This document shows positions 22,129 through 32,018 of a DNA stretch of 64,000 nt, piece after piece. Both the position numbers and the translations under genes were made by a program. Origin of the DNA: a bacterium (GTDB lineage Bacteria > SM23-31); contig OZ252239.1 of NCBI GenBank assembly GCA_965249485.1, positions 1,922,445-1,986,444 on the forward strand, given 5' to 3'. Each line of letters begins with the position of its first letter. Within the stretch, counting starts at the first letter, position 1. The notes under the pieces are model-generated. The model did no database searches. It was not told the origin of the DNA and was given only the letters and a program-made list of their open reading frames with translations.

Positions 22129-23559
22129 ATGAAATATAGAATTGATTCGACAGAAGAACTGCTCTGCCATATTGGATTACTCGCTGATGAATATGGTACA
22201 GAAGTATATGTTGTGGGTGGTTTCCTGAGGGATGAAATACTTGGTCAAAAGGGCAAAGATATTGACTTTACCGTTACTAGAAATGGAATGGTTTTTGCCC
22301 AAAAATTAGCCGAATCATTGGGGATATCAGATATAATCAGCTATGAAAAATTCGGTACTTGCATGATCCCATATAAAGATTTTAAGCTTGAATTTGTTCA
22401 AGCACGTGGGGAATTATATGAACCCGATTCACGAAAGCCAAATGTTACGGATGGCGATCTTTTTACCGACCTGCAAAGGAGAGATTTTACAATCAACACG
22501 CTTGCAAAGAGGCTAACAAAAAGTGGTCTTGATGATACAATTGTTGACCATTTTAACGGAATTGCAGATCTGAGTAATAAAGTTTTGAGAACACCACTCG
22601 ACCCGATGCAAACATTTGATGACGATCCGCTTAGAATGATCAGAGCATTCCGATTTGCATCACGGTTCGAACTGACAATTGATGATACCTTAATTGAGGC
22701 AATCAAAAAAAACCGGGATCGAATTAAGATCGTATCTCAGGAGCGTATTACACATGAATTTCTTCAAATTATGCAAACCGGTAAGCCGTCGATAGGACTC
22801 GATCTTTTGCGTGTTTCCGAGCTGCTTGAAGTTTTATATCCCGAGTTACAACTGCTGATTGGTGTTGAGCAGCGTAGCGGGTTTCATCATAAGGATGTGT
22901 GGTTTCATACGCTTAAAGTGGTTGATAATGTAGCAAAAGCATCAGATGATCTCTACCTTCGTCTTGCAGCACTTTATCATGATATTGCAAAACCGAAAAC
23001 CAAACGATTTGTCGAAAACATTGGATGGACATTTCACGGACACGATGCACTCGGGGCAAATATGGTCAATTCAATCTTTAAAAAACATAAAATACCATTG
23101 ATGTCACTTGCTTATGTCCAGAAACTGATCAGGCTGCATCTGAGGCCGATAAATCTATCGAATGAAGAGGTGACTGCAAGTGCTATCAGACGCCTTGTAG
23201 TAGATGCCGGTAGTGATCTCGACGACTTATTGACCTTGTGCAGAGCAGATATTACTTCGGGAAATCCAAACCGGGTTAAAAGACACCTTGAAAATTTTGA
23301 TATTGTTGAACAGCGGATTAGCGAAGTGGAAGAGCTTGACGCATTGAAAACATTCCAGTCTCCTGTTCGAGGTGAGGAAATAATGGAAGTTTGTGGACTG
23401 GAGCCATCACCAATGATTGGAAAATTAAAGGCAATGATTGAAGAAGCGATTCTTGATGGAACGATTCCTTACGAGTACGATTCAGCTTATAAGTATTTAC
23501 TGAAACTGAAAGATGAAGTTTTGCATGATCAAAATTCTACCAAGACAAAAGAAGCATAA
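22129..23559 (+). CDS. cca: CCA-adding tRNA nucleotidyltransferase with HD domain
   Basis: Pol-beta-like nucleotidyltransferase motif (GGFLRDEILG...DIDF) plus an HD domain (HHKDVWFHT...HDIAK). Confidence 0.8.
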   Translation: MKYRIDSTEELLCHIGLLADEYGTEVYVVGGFLRDEILGQKGKDIDFTVTRNGMVFAQKLAESLGISDIISYEKFGTCMIPYKDFKLEFVQARGELYEPDSRKPNVTDGDLFTDLQRRDFTINTLAKRLTKSGLDDTIVDHFNGIADLSNKVLRTPLDPMQTFDDDPLRMIRAFRFASRFELTIDDTLIEAIKKNRDRIKIVSQERITHEFLQIMQTGKPSIGLDLLRVSELLEVLYPELQLLIGVEQRSGFHHKDVWFHTLKVVDNVAKASDDLYLRLAALYHDIAKPKTKRFVENIGWTFHGHDALGANMVNSIFKKHKIPLMSLAYVQKLIRLHLRPINLSNEEVTASAIRRLVVDAGSDLDDLLTLCRADITSGNPNRVKRHLENFDIVEQRISEVEELDALKTFQSPVRGEEIMEVCGLEPSPMIGKLKAMIEEAILDGTIPYEYDSAYKYLLKLKDEVLHDQNSTKTKEA

Positions 23560-23570
23560 GCCGATACGAT

Positions 23571-25028
23571 ATGAATAAGAAAATTCAAAATCAGGAGTAC
23601 CGTGTCCGATTTGCACCGAGTCCGACGGGAAATTTTCATATTGGAGGTGCACGGACTGCACTCTTCAACTGGTTATTCACCAGAAGTAATAACGGTAAAT
23701 TTCTGGTACGGATAGAAGATACTGACAAGGAACGATCATCACAGGAGTTTTTGGATTCAATCCTCAACTCAATGCGATGGCTGGGACTAGAGTGGGATGA
23801 AGAGCTTTTTATACAGTCTCAAGCAATTGGTCAACATCGAAATGCGGTTGATGAGCTTCTGAAAAGCGGTGGTGCTTATAAGTGCTTCTGCACATTGGAA
23901 GAGCTCGATGTGAAACGGAAAGAATCATATAAAAACAAGAATCCTTATACATACGAAAGAACATGTTATCATTTGACAGCAAGAGAAGTACAAGAAAAAG
24001 TAGAAAATAGAATGCCTTTTGCAGTTCGCTGCATGGTCCCGCAGGGAGCAACAGAGTTTAACGACGGTATTCATGGAAAGACCGTCTTCCAAAATAAAGA
24101 AATAGACGATTTTATAATACTCCGGACTGACGGATCTCCGACCTACCAGCTAGCTGTTGTGGTGGATGATCATACAATGAAAATTACCCATGTCATTCGT
24201 GGTGATGACCACTTATCGAATACACCAAAGCAAATTATGCTCTATCAATCACTTGGGTGGTGTGTTCCCGAATTTGCACATATGCCGATGATTCTTGGTC
24301 CAGATAAAACGCGCCTCAGCAAACGACATGGTGCAGTATCGGTTGAGATTTACCGTGAGAGGGGATATCTTCCGGAAGCACTCCGAAATTTCTTGCTTCT
24401 GCTCGGTTGGTCTCCGGGAGACGACCGGGAAGTGATCCCGGTTGCAGAGGCAGTTCATAAGTTTGATCTCCAAAATACATCTAAAAAATCTGCAGTATTT
24501 GATGAATCGAAACTTGAATGGATGAATGATCAGTATATCAGTTCTTTAGGGATTGATGAGCTTTCAGAGCGTCTGATACCATTTATTAATACGGATACAC
24601 AGTTCTCAGAAAGAGTTGCTGAAAAAGGGAGCGAATATTTCAGACAGGTGCTTGAACTCGTTAAGCCGCGTATGAAGCTTCTGACAAATTTTATTGTATT
24701 CGGCGGCTATTATTACAGAGATCCGGTTGTGTTTGATCCGATAGCTGTTAAGAAATATTGGAAGGATGATGAGGTTATGGAACGTTTGGGGCGGGTAAGA
24801 TTAAAAATGATGGATCTTGATGATTTTTCGGAAGAGGCAATTGAAATTTCTGTCCGTGATCTTGCTGATAATCTTGAGATATCAGCGGCGAAGCTTATTC
24901 ATCCTATTCGTCTCGCACTAACCGGATTCGGGGTCAGTCCCGGACTATTCGAGGTAATGTGCCTGCTTGGTAAAGAGACCGTCGTCGTTCGCCTAGAAAA
25001 AGCAATCCGTTATCTTAATAAATTATAG
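23571..25028 (+). CDS. gltX: Glutamyl-tRNA synthetase
   Basis: Class I aaRS signature motifs HIGGARTALFNW and KLSKRHG. Confidence 0.9.
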   Translation: MNKKIQNQEYRVRFAPSPTGNFHIGGARTALFNWLFTRSNNGKFLVRIEDTDKERSSQEFLDSILNSMRWLGLEWDEELFIQSQAIGQHRNAVDELLKSGGAYKCFCTLEELDVKRKESYKNKNPYTYERTCYHLTAREVQEKVENRMPFAVRCMVPQGATEFNDGIHGKTVFQNKEIDDFIILRTDGSPTYQLAVVVDDHTMKITHVIRGDDHLSNTPKQIMLYQSLGWCVPEFAHMPMILGPDKTRLSKRHGAVSVEIYRERGYLPEALRNFLLLLGWSPGDDREVIPVAEAVHKFDLQNTSKKSAVFDESKLEWMNDQYISSLGIDELSERLIPFINTDTQFSERVAEKGSEYFRQVLELVKPRMKLLTNFIVFGGYYYRDPVVFDPIAVKKYWKDDEVMERLGRVRLKMMDLDDFSEEAIEISVRDLADNLEISAAKLIHPIRLALTGFGVSPGLFEVMCLLGKETVVVRLEKAIRYLNKL

Positions 25029-25058
25029 AAAATTTCGCCTGCAATAAGCACAAACGTT

Positions 25059-25093
25059 TAAAGGAGCATACTGGTATCGGTATGCTCCTTTTG
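25059..25093. terminator. Bidirectional rho-independent terminator between convergent gltX and the flagellin gene
   Basis: Hairpin aggagcata / tatgctcct with a 10-nt loop, flanked by AAA on one side and TTT on the other. Confidence 0.6.
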
Positions 25094-25116
25094 TTAACTC
25101 AATTCAGTTCTCGCTT

Positions 25117-25803
25117 TTAGGTAAAGAGCGCGAGGACGTTTTGCGGTATAACATTCGACTGAGCAAGCTGTGCAGTAGCCGTTTGCTGGAGTATCTGGAA
25201 CCGTGTACTTTCGAGCTGTTCTTTAGCAATGTCGGCATCGAGGATTCTTGCTTTGGTTGCCTCAGTATTGGTGGTAGAGATCGAGAGGGTTGTTTCTTTA
25301 ACCGTGAGTCTCGATATGGTCGCCCCGATCTGTTGGAGCGACGTATTAATCAGATCGATTGCACTGTTCACATTCGAAAGCGCACTTGCAGCACTCGAGG
25401 AATTCGTGATATTATTTGAAACGTCCCCTGAAGCGACTGACAGGCTTGCCGCGCCGTGATTCTGAGTTATCGAAAATGAGAGCGTATCGGATGCCGCCTG
25501 GGTTACCAGTTCCTTCATCCTGATCAGGATGTCGGAGATACTCAAGAGCCCTCCCTCAGCAATCGAGAGCACATTCTTAGCGGTTCCGACATTATCAAGC
25601 GCGACCGACAAACCCCTGCTTCTGGCAACGAGCCGTTTTGAAATAACAAATCCTGCAGGATCGTCTGATACCTCGTTAATCCTGAGACCTGTTGCTAGTT
25701 TTAACTGGGGTTTTTCTAAATTGCGGTTGACACTCTTGAGGGCGTTGAGTGCATTAAACGCAGCTATATTAGTGTTGATACGGGTGGAATCTCCAATGGC
25801 CAT
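25117..25803 (-). CDS. Flagellin (short form)
   Basis: Conserved flagellin N-domain (INTNIAAFNALNALK...LATGLRIN..DDPAG) and C-domain (LAQSNVIPQNVLALF). Start is preceded by an AGGAGG SD. Confidence 0.8.
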   Translation of the reverse strand: MAIGDSTRINTNIAAFNALNALKSVNRNLEKPQLKLATGLRINEVSDDPAGFVISKRLVARSRGLSVALDNVGTAKNVLSIAEGGLLSISDILIRMKELVTQAASDTLSFSITQNHGAASLSVASGDVSNNITNSSSAASALSNVNSAIDLINTSLQQIGATISRLTVKETTLSISTTNTEATKARILDADIAKEQLESTRFQILQQTATAQLAQSNVIPQNVLALFT

Positions 25804-26599
25804 ATCATAACCTCCTTGTTATTGGTGGCCTGCCCGACCTCCATGCCGGACAATAGTAGGCTTCTGTTTCCTGAAACTAAAAAAATATACTACAAACTAC
25901 ATGAGTGTAATCTTGCTACTCTAATGTATCGTCAATCTTTTGTGAAACTTTATCAAAAATATGGTCATATCGCGGTCGGAACGAATCAAGAGTTCTTTAA
26001 TATCTACTTGACCAACCAAGATTGAATCATACTCTGAAAATTCTCAATAAGTGTCTCAATATCGACACTTTGTCTAATTTAATGCACTTGCAATTACTTG
26101 AATACATAATCTTTGTGCTTAGAATTGTAATTGTAGGAGGATTTTGAAATTGGCATAGCGTTTGCCCTCAAATAATAATAGATGAAAGAATAAACGGACA
26201 TTATAAATTAGAAAAATGAAAATAAAAACTATATGAAGGAAAAAATAACCGGGACCTCCGCGATCAAAACTGAAAAGGGTCACGTGTCCCGGTTATGCTT
26301 CTTTGCCGAATAACACTAAAGATAATAACAATGAATATACTAGCCGACAGCTTCTTTAATGGGAATTCTCAGATAAAAATCGCAGATGATTTATATCTGA
26401 TGAATTGTAAAAAAGAGATTAAAGTTCTCTATCAGCGAGACTTAAATAATCTTAAAAGTAAAACGAAAATGTTTTTTGTTTTCAATGCTGTGGCTAATGA
26501 TTCAATGCGTAGTGATGCTCTATAAATAGATCAGGAATGATTATGTAAAATTCTCCTCGAACCACTTCTCTCCCCCTCATTAAATGGTTGGTGCGATTC

Positions 26600-26650
26600 G
26601 CCCTTCCAAATCACTTCCGCCCGAAGTGAATTTGGAAGGGCCTTTTTTTT
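26600..26650 (+). terminator. Strong rho-independent terminator on the + strand
   Basis: 18-bp stem (gcccttccaaatcacttc / gaagtgaatttggaagggc) with a 5-nt loop, followed by T8. Confidence 0.7.
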
Positions 26651-26796
26651 GATTCATATGAAATATATTTTCCTTGCATAACCAAATGTAAAGCATCATA
26701 TTTTACAATCTTAGGGGGTTTTTATTATGTGTCGTAATAAATAATTTAAGTCTGCACCCCCGTGGATTATATGTCATCAATGTTGGTAAGAAAAGA

Positions 26797-27825
26797 ATGA
26801 GAAGTGTCCCGCATGAGGCGGAGCTGGTCAAATCGCACGACCAAAAGCCTGTAGAACTACAAAAAACAATCTGGTCTATCGCAGGAGGAAAGGGGGGAAC
26901 CGGCAAGACCATTTTGACAGCGAATCTCGGAATCGGACTCGCTATTCTCGGCTACAAAGTAGTCCTTATCGATGCCGATTTAGGGGTACCGAATCTCCAC
27001 AATTATCTCAGAATTAAACGCCCCAGAGTTACGCTTGACGATTTTCTAACGAAAAATGTTGATACTCTATCCGATATCCTGATTGAGACGCCCCATAGTA
27101 ATCTCCGGTTTATTGGCGGAGGAACAAGCCTCGTTGGTAATGCAAATCTTCCTTACGTAAAAAAACAGAAGCTCATACGGCATATCAATAAGTTGAAAGC
27201 AGATATCATTCTTGTTGATCTTGGAGCGGGAATATCACATAATACAATCGATTTTTTAAATGTGTCCACGAGAGAAATAGTCGTATCAAATCCTGAACCG
27301 AATGCGAGTCAGGATGCCTACTTTTTTTTGAAAAATGCTGTCTATCGTCGAATAAAATCTTACATGAAAATCGATGCCAATTTTAAAGAAGCATTTAAAG
27401 ATTATTCCAGTACGAATGGTAACGGTACATTCGATATACCGAAATTTTATAATTATCTCCAGTCTCATTCAAAACAGGTTTACAATGATTTAGACCAGTA
27501 TCTTTCGCTCTTTCAACCAAGATTAATCCTGAATAAACTGCGGAAAAGAAAACACAAAAAAGAGGGAGATTGGTTTGTAAACCTTGTCCGCACTTTTTTA
27601 GAAGTAAATATGGATTTCATCGGCACTTTAAGGTATGATAAACGGATCATCCAAACCTCAGAAGATATTTATCCATTTTCAATCCGTTATCCAAATGCTG
27701 CAATTTCGAAAAATCTTTTTTCCATCTTGAGTTCACTGTACAGCTTCGAACAAAGTAAACATGATGTTAATACCTTCCGGCAATTCAAAGCGCTGCTCAA
27801 AGACCAGAAAAAACTCTGGGAATAA
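26797..27825 (+). CDS. MinD/ParA-family P-loop ATPase. It could be FlhG-like, but no partner genes are nearby
   Basis: Deviant Walker A motif GGKGGTGKT. The ORF is open from 26797 and the true start may lie a little further downstream. Confidence 0.7.
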   Translation: MRSVPHEAELVKSHDQKPVELQKTIWSIAGGKGGTGKTILTANLGIGLAILGYKVVLIDADLGVPNLHNYLRIKRPRVTLDDFLTKNVDTLSDILIETPHSNLRFIGGGTSLVGNANLPYVKKQKLIRHINKLKADIILVDLGAGISHNTIDFLNVSTREIVVSNPEPNASQDAYFFLKNAVYRRIKSYMKIDANFKEAFKDYSSTNGNGTFDIPKFYNYLQSHSKQVYNDLDQYLSLFQPRLILNKLRKRKHKKEGDWFVNLVRTFLEVNMDFIGTLRYDKRIIQTSEDIYPFSIRYPNAAISKNLFSILSSLYSFEQSKHDVNTFRQFKALLKDQKKLWE

Positions 27826-28333
27826 AATCGTCAAAAATCTTGCCACTATTTAATCATTAATCATTTAATTTCATTACTGTATTTTTTATTTGTTGACAAA
27901 AAAATGCTGGAGGATTGTTATCCGGCAACCTTACAATGCCATAACATTACATGTTATTCTGTCCTAAAGCGCTTTCACTATTGTTGCGTTTGATTTGAAA
28001 TGCCGAGTATCAGCATCACAGGGCATATTAGAGATACGATTCTATTGTAAATGAATACGTATCGTTGTCCCTGTCAAACAGCACTGTTGCCCATCTGAAT
28101 ATCGGATTGGCGATAAATCATATAACATTGTGTCAACCGATACTACTAATTCTGGAATATTCAACTGCTGGTGAAGAGTGATTTCATTAAAGTAGTATAT
28201 ATAGTAGTATATATGTACTCTGCAATAATCAGTACAATACCAATAAATCTTTTTATTTTGCAAAAAATATATTAGAAATTGTACCTACACAATTTTCAAA
28301 TACGACTGAAATTACTGTGCGATAGGGAGCAGT

Positions 28334-29194
28334 GTGCTGCAACAATTTAATGACAAAAACGATTTTGAGAATACATTAACTATCAATGGAACAAAACGGA
28401 CATACTATCTGCGAATTCCGCCAAAATCCGGTACTGATTCGGCACGGCTTGTGTTACTGCTTCATGGTGCTATGGGGTATGGGCAACGCATTGCACGAGT
28501 AAGCCGGTTTAACGAAATAGCCGATAAACACGGAATAATTGTGGTTTACCCTGATGCACTTGATGGATATTGGAATGAAACTCCCAATGACAACGGAACA
28601 ATCGATGACGTTTTATTTATTGATACGTTAGTCGACGAGTGCGAAAAAATGTTCGCCGTAGACAACAGGAGAATATATGTTGTCGGTGTGTCGAACGGGG
28701 GTATGATGGCATTCAGATTGATTTGCGAGCTTTCAGGCAGGTTTGCAGCGATGGCCTCCGTTGCGGGATATATGGTTGAAGACTCTGCAACGAAATGTAA
28801 TCTGAAACATCCGGTTCCAGTGGTACTATTCCACGGAACAGATGACACCTATGTTCCTTTTATTGGTGGTAAAGCAAAGAGAGGGATTTCAGGGAAAATT
28901 ATGTCCACAACCGCTGTAGCATCGTATTGGTCACAGATGAATGGATGCAATCCGACTCCCGAATCAACAATGTTAGCAAAAAATAATCCTGCTGATACTA
29001 CACAGATTCAGCAGGATATCTATAAAAATCCGGAATTAAACACCGAGGTGATTCTCTATACAATTCATGGCGGCGGTCACACATGGCCGTCGGGAAACGG
29101 TGGGAGCGAGCGTGTCCTTGGGAAAACCTCACTGGACATAGATGCTTCTCTGGTTATATGGGAGTTTTTTAACCGGCATCCTAAAATCACATGA
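28334..29194 (+). CDS. Alpha/beta-hydrolase esterase of the PHB-depolymerase / LpqC family
   Basis: Nucleophile elbow GVSNGG and a family-typical N-terminus (TINGTKRTYYLRIP...LVLLLHG). Confidence 0.7.
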   Translation: MLQQFNDKNDFENTLTINGTKRTYYLRIPPKSGTDSARLVLLLHGAMGYGQRIARVSRFNEIADKHGIIVVYPDALDGYWNETPNDNGTIDDVLFIDTLVDECEKMFAVDNRRIYVVGVSNGGMMAFRLICELSGRFAAMASVAGYMVEDSATKCNLKHPVPVVLFHGTDDTYVPFIGGKAKRGISGKIMSTTAVASYWSQMNGCNPTPESTMLAKNNPADTTQIQQDIYKNPELNTEVILYTIHGGGHTWPSGNGGSERVLGKTSLDIDASLVIWEFFNRHPKIT

Positions 29195-29212
29195 ATGATT
29201 TTCTCCAAACGA

Positions 29213-30394
29213 TTATTCTGAGAGATAAAATGTTTCCGCTTCTCCCATTGCCTTGCCCAAATCAGATATAACATTTAGATTTTTAAGAATCTGCTCCAAT
29301 GCTGACAGAAAATAGAACACATTTTTCTGTGTTGAAGACTGTTCCATCAATCCGATTCTCCATATCTTCCCTGCAAGAGGTCCAAGACCTGCGCCAATTT
29401 CGATATCAAAATCTTGCAACAATACTGAACGGACGGCTTTGTCGTCGATTTCTTCTGGTATTGTCACTGAATTCAACTGGGGTAGGCGGTATTCTTCTTC
29501 TACAAATGGTGATAATTTGAGTTCGCGTAATCCGGCCAATAATGCATTGCTATTACGTAAATGGCGCTTAAAAAGCTTTTCAAATCCCTCTTCATAAAGC
29601 ATAATGAGTGCCTCCCGTATACCGTACACCATGTTTATGGGAGCTGTGTAGTGATACACACGTTCATCCGACCAATACTTCTGAACCATACTCATATCAA
29701 AATACCAGCTTTCAATTTCTGATTTACGCCGGTTGATTTTATCAAGAGCTTTGTCGGAAAAAGTCACCGGTGCTAATCCGGGTGGACAGCTGAGACATTT
29801 CTGTGTACCGGTATAGCAGACATCGATATTCCACTCATCAACATATAAACGAACACCGCCAAGTGAGGATACTGTGTCGACAAGAAAGATAGCGCCGTGA
29901 TTTTTACAAAGTTTTCCGATTTCTTCAAGTGGTTGTCGGACTCCCGTTGATGTTTCACCGTGAACAACTGCAACACCGGCGATATCTTTTTCACTCTGGA
30001 GTGCTGCTTCGATCGCTTCATGGCCGATGATTTCACCCCAATTCTTCTCAAAGGGTATCGGAATAATGCCATATTTCCGTGCAGTTTCGGTCATTCGCTT
30101 TCCGAAAACACCATTGACCCCGATGAGCACTTTTTCACCCCGTTCGAATACATTTGCAAAACAGGTCTCCATTCCGGCGCTTCCGGTTCCTGATACCGGA
30201 AGGGTAAATCTATTTTTCGTCTGGAATAACCACCTGAGTAGTTCCTGTACTTCATCCATAATTTCCAGAAATTTCGGATCAAGGTGCCCAATAGTCGGCG
30301 AAGCCAGAGCCTGAAGAACACGCGGATGTACATTAGTCGGTCCCGGTCCCATGAGTATACGTTCCGGCGCATTGAACTGTGGGTACGTTTTCAT
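29213..30394 (-). CDS. Class V aminotransferase (alanine-glyoxylate / serine-pyruvate aminotransferase family)
   Basis: N-terminus ERILMGPGPTNVHPRVLQAL is AGXT-like, and the PLP-lysine region is conserved. Confidence 0.75.
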   Translation of the reverse strand: MKTYPQFNAPERILMGPGPTNVHPRVLQALASPTIGHLDPKFLEIMDEVQELLRWLFQTKNRFTLPVSGTGSAGMETCFANVFERGEKVLIGVNGVFGKRMTETARKYGIIPIPFEKNWGEIIGHEAIEAALQSEKDIAGVAVVHGETSTGVRQPLEEIGKLCKNHGAIFLVDTVSSLGGVRLYVDEWNIDVCYTGTQKCLSCPPGLAPVTFSDKALDKINRRKSEIESWYFDMSMVQKYWSDERVYHYTAPINMVYGIREALIMLYEEGFEKLFKRHLRNSNALLAGLRELKLSPFVEEEYRLPQLNSVTIPEEIDDKAVRSVLLQDFDIEIGAGLGPLAGKIWRIGLMEQSSTQKNVFYFLSALEQILKNLNVISDLGKAMGEAETFYLSE

Positions 30395-30429
30395 AAAATC
30401 CTCATATTATATAAAGTAATCAAATAAGT

Positions 30430-31548
30430 TTAATATTTCTGTTTCGTTGCTGATATAAGTTCAAGCAACTTTTCTGCAGCATCATCCCAGTTGAATTTAG
30501 CTACCCATTCCAGTGCATTTTTTGTCAAGCGTTCCCTGAGTCGGACGTCGGTTAGCACACTCAAGATGTGCTCTGCAAGTTTCTCCCGGTCTCCGTATGG
30601 ATAGAGAAGTCCGGTCTTGCCGTCAAGAACAGAATCATGCAGTCCAGGTACATTGGCAGCAACAGTTGTTGTGCCGCACGCGTTTGCTTCAATTATTGTG
30701 AGTCCCCACCCTTCTTTGATCGACGGATTTACAACCAAATGGCATTGCTGTAAAATTTTTACTTTAGCTTCCTCATTTACAAAACCGGTAAACTGGACTG
30801 CATCATCAAGATTATAGTTATGGACTTGTGCTTTCAATTCTGGAAGATTATCGCCATCACCGACAATGATCAATTGTGCTTCCGGAAATGATTTTTTGAC
30901 AAGAGCAAATGCATCGATCAGATGGTCAACACTTTTGTACCGCTTAATTCTGCCGAGATAGCCGATGAGTGGTACATCATTTTTAGGCTGATTGGAGGTA
31001 GTATAATGTGTAAGGTCGACGCAGCAAGGTACGATTGAAATTCTATTTTCACTGATTCCACTTTTTATCATGTCGTGTTTGGTGCTCTCGGAGATCACAA
31101 CAAACGGAACTTTTCTGTATACCGGCTTGATAAATTGCTCGAACAGATAGACATAGAGTGCACTTGGCAATGATACTTCTTTGAAAATTGCGGTTTTGAA
31201 AATATGGTGAACTAGACAAATGATTGGAATTTTTTTAATATATAAAGGCGAAAGGAATGGAATTTTATTGATTGCATCAATTACTACATCATAGGTATCC
31301 TCAGCGAGTAACCGCTTACTTGCAAATGGAACGGCGTAATTAAAAAGACTCCTGCCTCCTGACCGGACTACTCTGATACCATCAATCGATTCTTCGTGCT
31401 GAAGATCTGGATAATTGCTGCAGAGGAGTGTGACCGAATGGCCTTTTTTGACGATTCTTTTCAGGATTTCGTGATTATAAACTTCGGCACCCCCGCCGAG
31501 TGGATGCTTAATATCTTGCCAGTTTAAGAAAAGGATTTTGTACGGCAC
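30430..31548 (-). CDS. Family 4 glycosyltransferase (GT4)
   Basis: GT-B fold with the C-terminal EGWGLTIIEANACGTTTVA motif. Confidence 0.8.
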   Translation of the reverse strand: MPYKILFLNWQDIKHPLGGGAEVYNHEILKRIVKKGHSVTLLCSNYPDLQHEESIDGIRVVRSGGRSLFNYAVPFASKRLLAEDTYDVVIDAINKIPFLSPLYIKKIPIICLVHHIFKTAIFKEVSLPSALYVYLFEQFIKPVYRKVPFVVISESTKHDMIKSGISENRISIVPCCVDLTHYTTSNQPKNDVPLIGYLGRIKRYKSVDHLIDAFALVKKSFPEAQLIIVGDGDNLPELKAQVHNYNLDDAVQFTGFVNEEAKVKILQQCHLVVNPSIKEGWGLTIIEANACGTTTVAANVPGLHDSVLDGKTGLLYPYGDREKLAEHILSVLTDVRLRERLTKNALEWVAKFNWDDAAEKLLELISATKQKY

Positions 31549-31565
31549 GTTTGCCTCGGATGGAA

Positions 31566-31889
31566 TTATTGTCCCGACCCGGAGGATGAAATAGGTTCAG
31601 TCTGCTGTTCGGCTGACTCCGGTTTAGCTGTACGGTCGCCCCTCTTATGCTGATAAAGAAATGAAAGCGGAATAATGATCAGGTATCCTATAACGAGTAA
31701 AATAGGGGCAAGTGTCAACGACCAGAAACTATCGACAGGCCCGATACTCATTGAGATATAACCGAATATAAGGACCGCAATTCCTGCAAAAAACAATATG
31801 TAATTATGGGAAGTGAATGGTAACGGATTTTTGCCCGAAACCTTAGCTTGTCTTCCTGTACGATTTTTCTTTCTGGCAGCCTGCGCCAT
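31566..31889 (-). CDS. Small membrane protein with two TM helices and a basic N-terminus; first gene of the GT4 operon
   Basis: 107-aa ORF, with an 18-bp gap before the GT4 gene. Two hydrophobic helices. Confidence 0.5.
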   Translation of the reverse strand: MAQAARKKNRTGRQAKVSGKNPLPFTSHNYILFFAGIAVLIFGYISMSIGPVDSFWSLTLAPILLVIGYLIIIPLSFLYQHKRGDRTAKPESAEQQTEPISSSGSGQ

Positions 31890-32018
31890 CTATCCCTCCT
31901 GCATGTGATCGGTCTCAATTGACATACAATGTAAAAAAAAATACCAATAATGTCAATTTGTATCACACGGTATTATCTATAGACTCTGATATAAGAACGC
32001 ATATGATATTTTTAATTA

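Noticed and set aside
26295-26525. The 76-aa ORF MLLCRITLK... in the gap between the flagellin and MinD-like genes, as a protein-coding gene.
   Set aside because: It is AT-rich with low-complexity composition, has no SD and no recognisable family. I keep the region as a possible non-coding transcript because of the downstream terminator, and do not call it a CDS.
28192-28215. The direct repeat agtagtatatat x2 and nearby hairpins in the 27826-28333 gap, considered as a CRISPR array or mobile-element end.
   Set aside because: There are only two short copies, with no spacer-repeat periodicity and no flanking transposase or integrase. It is most simply an AT-rich promoter region.
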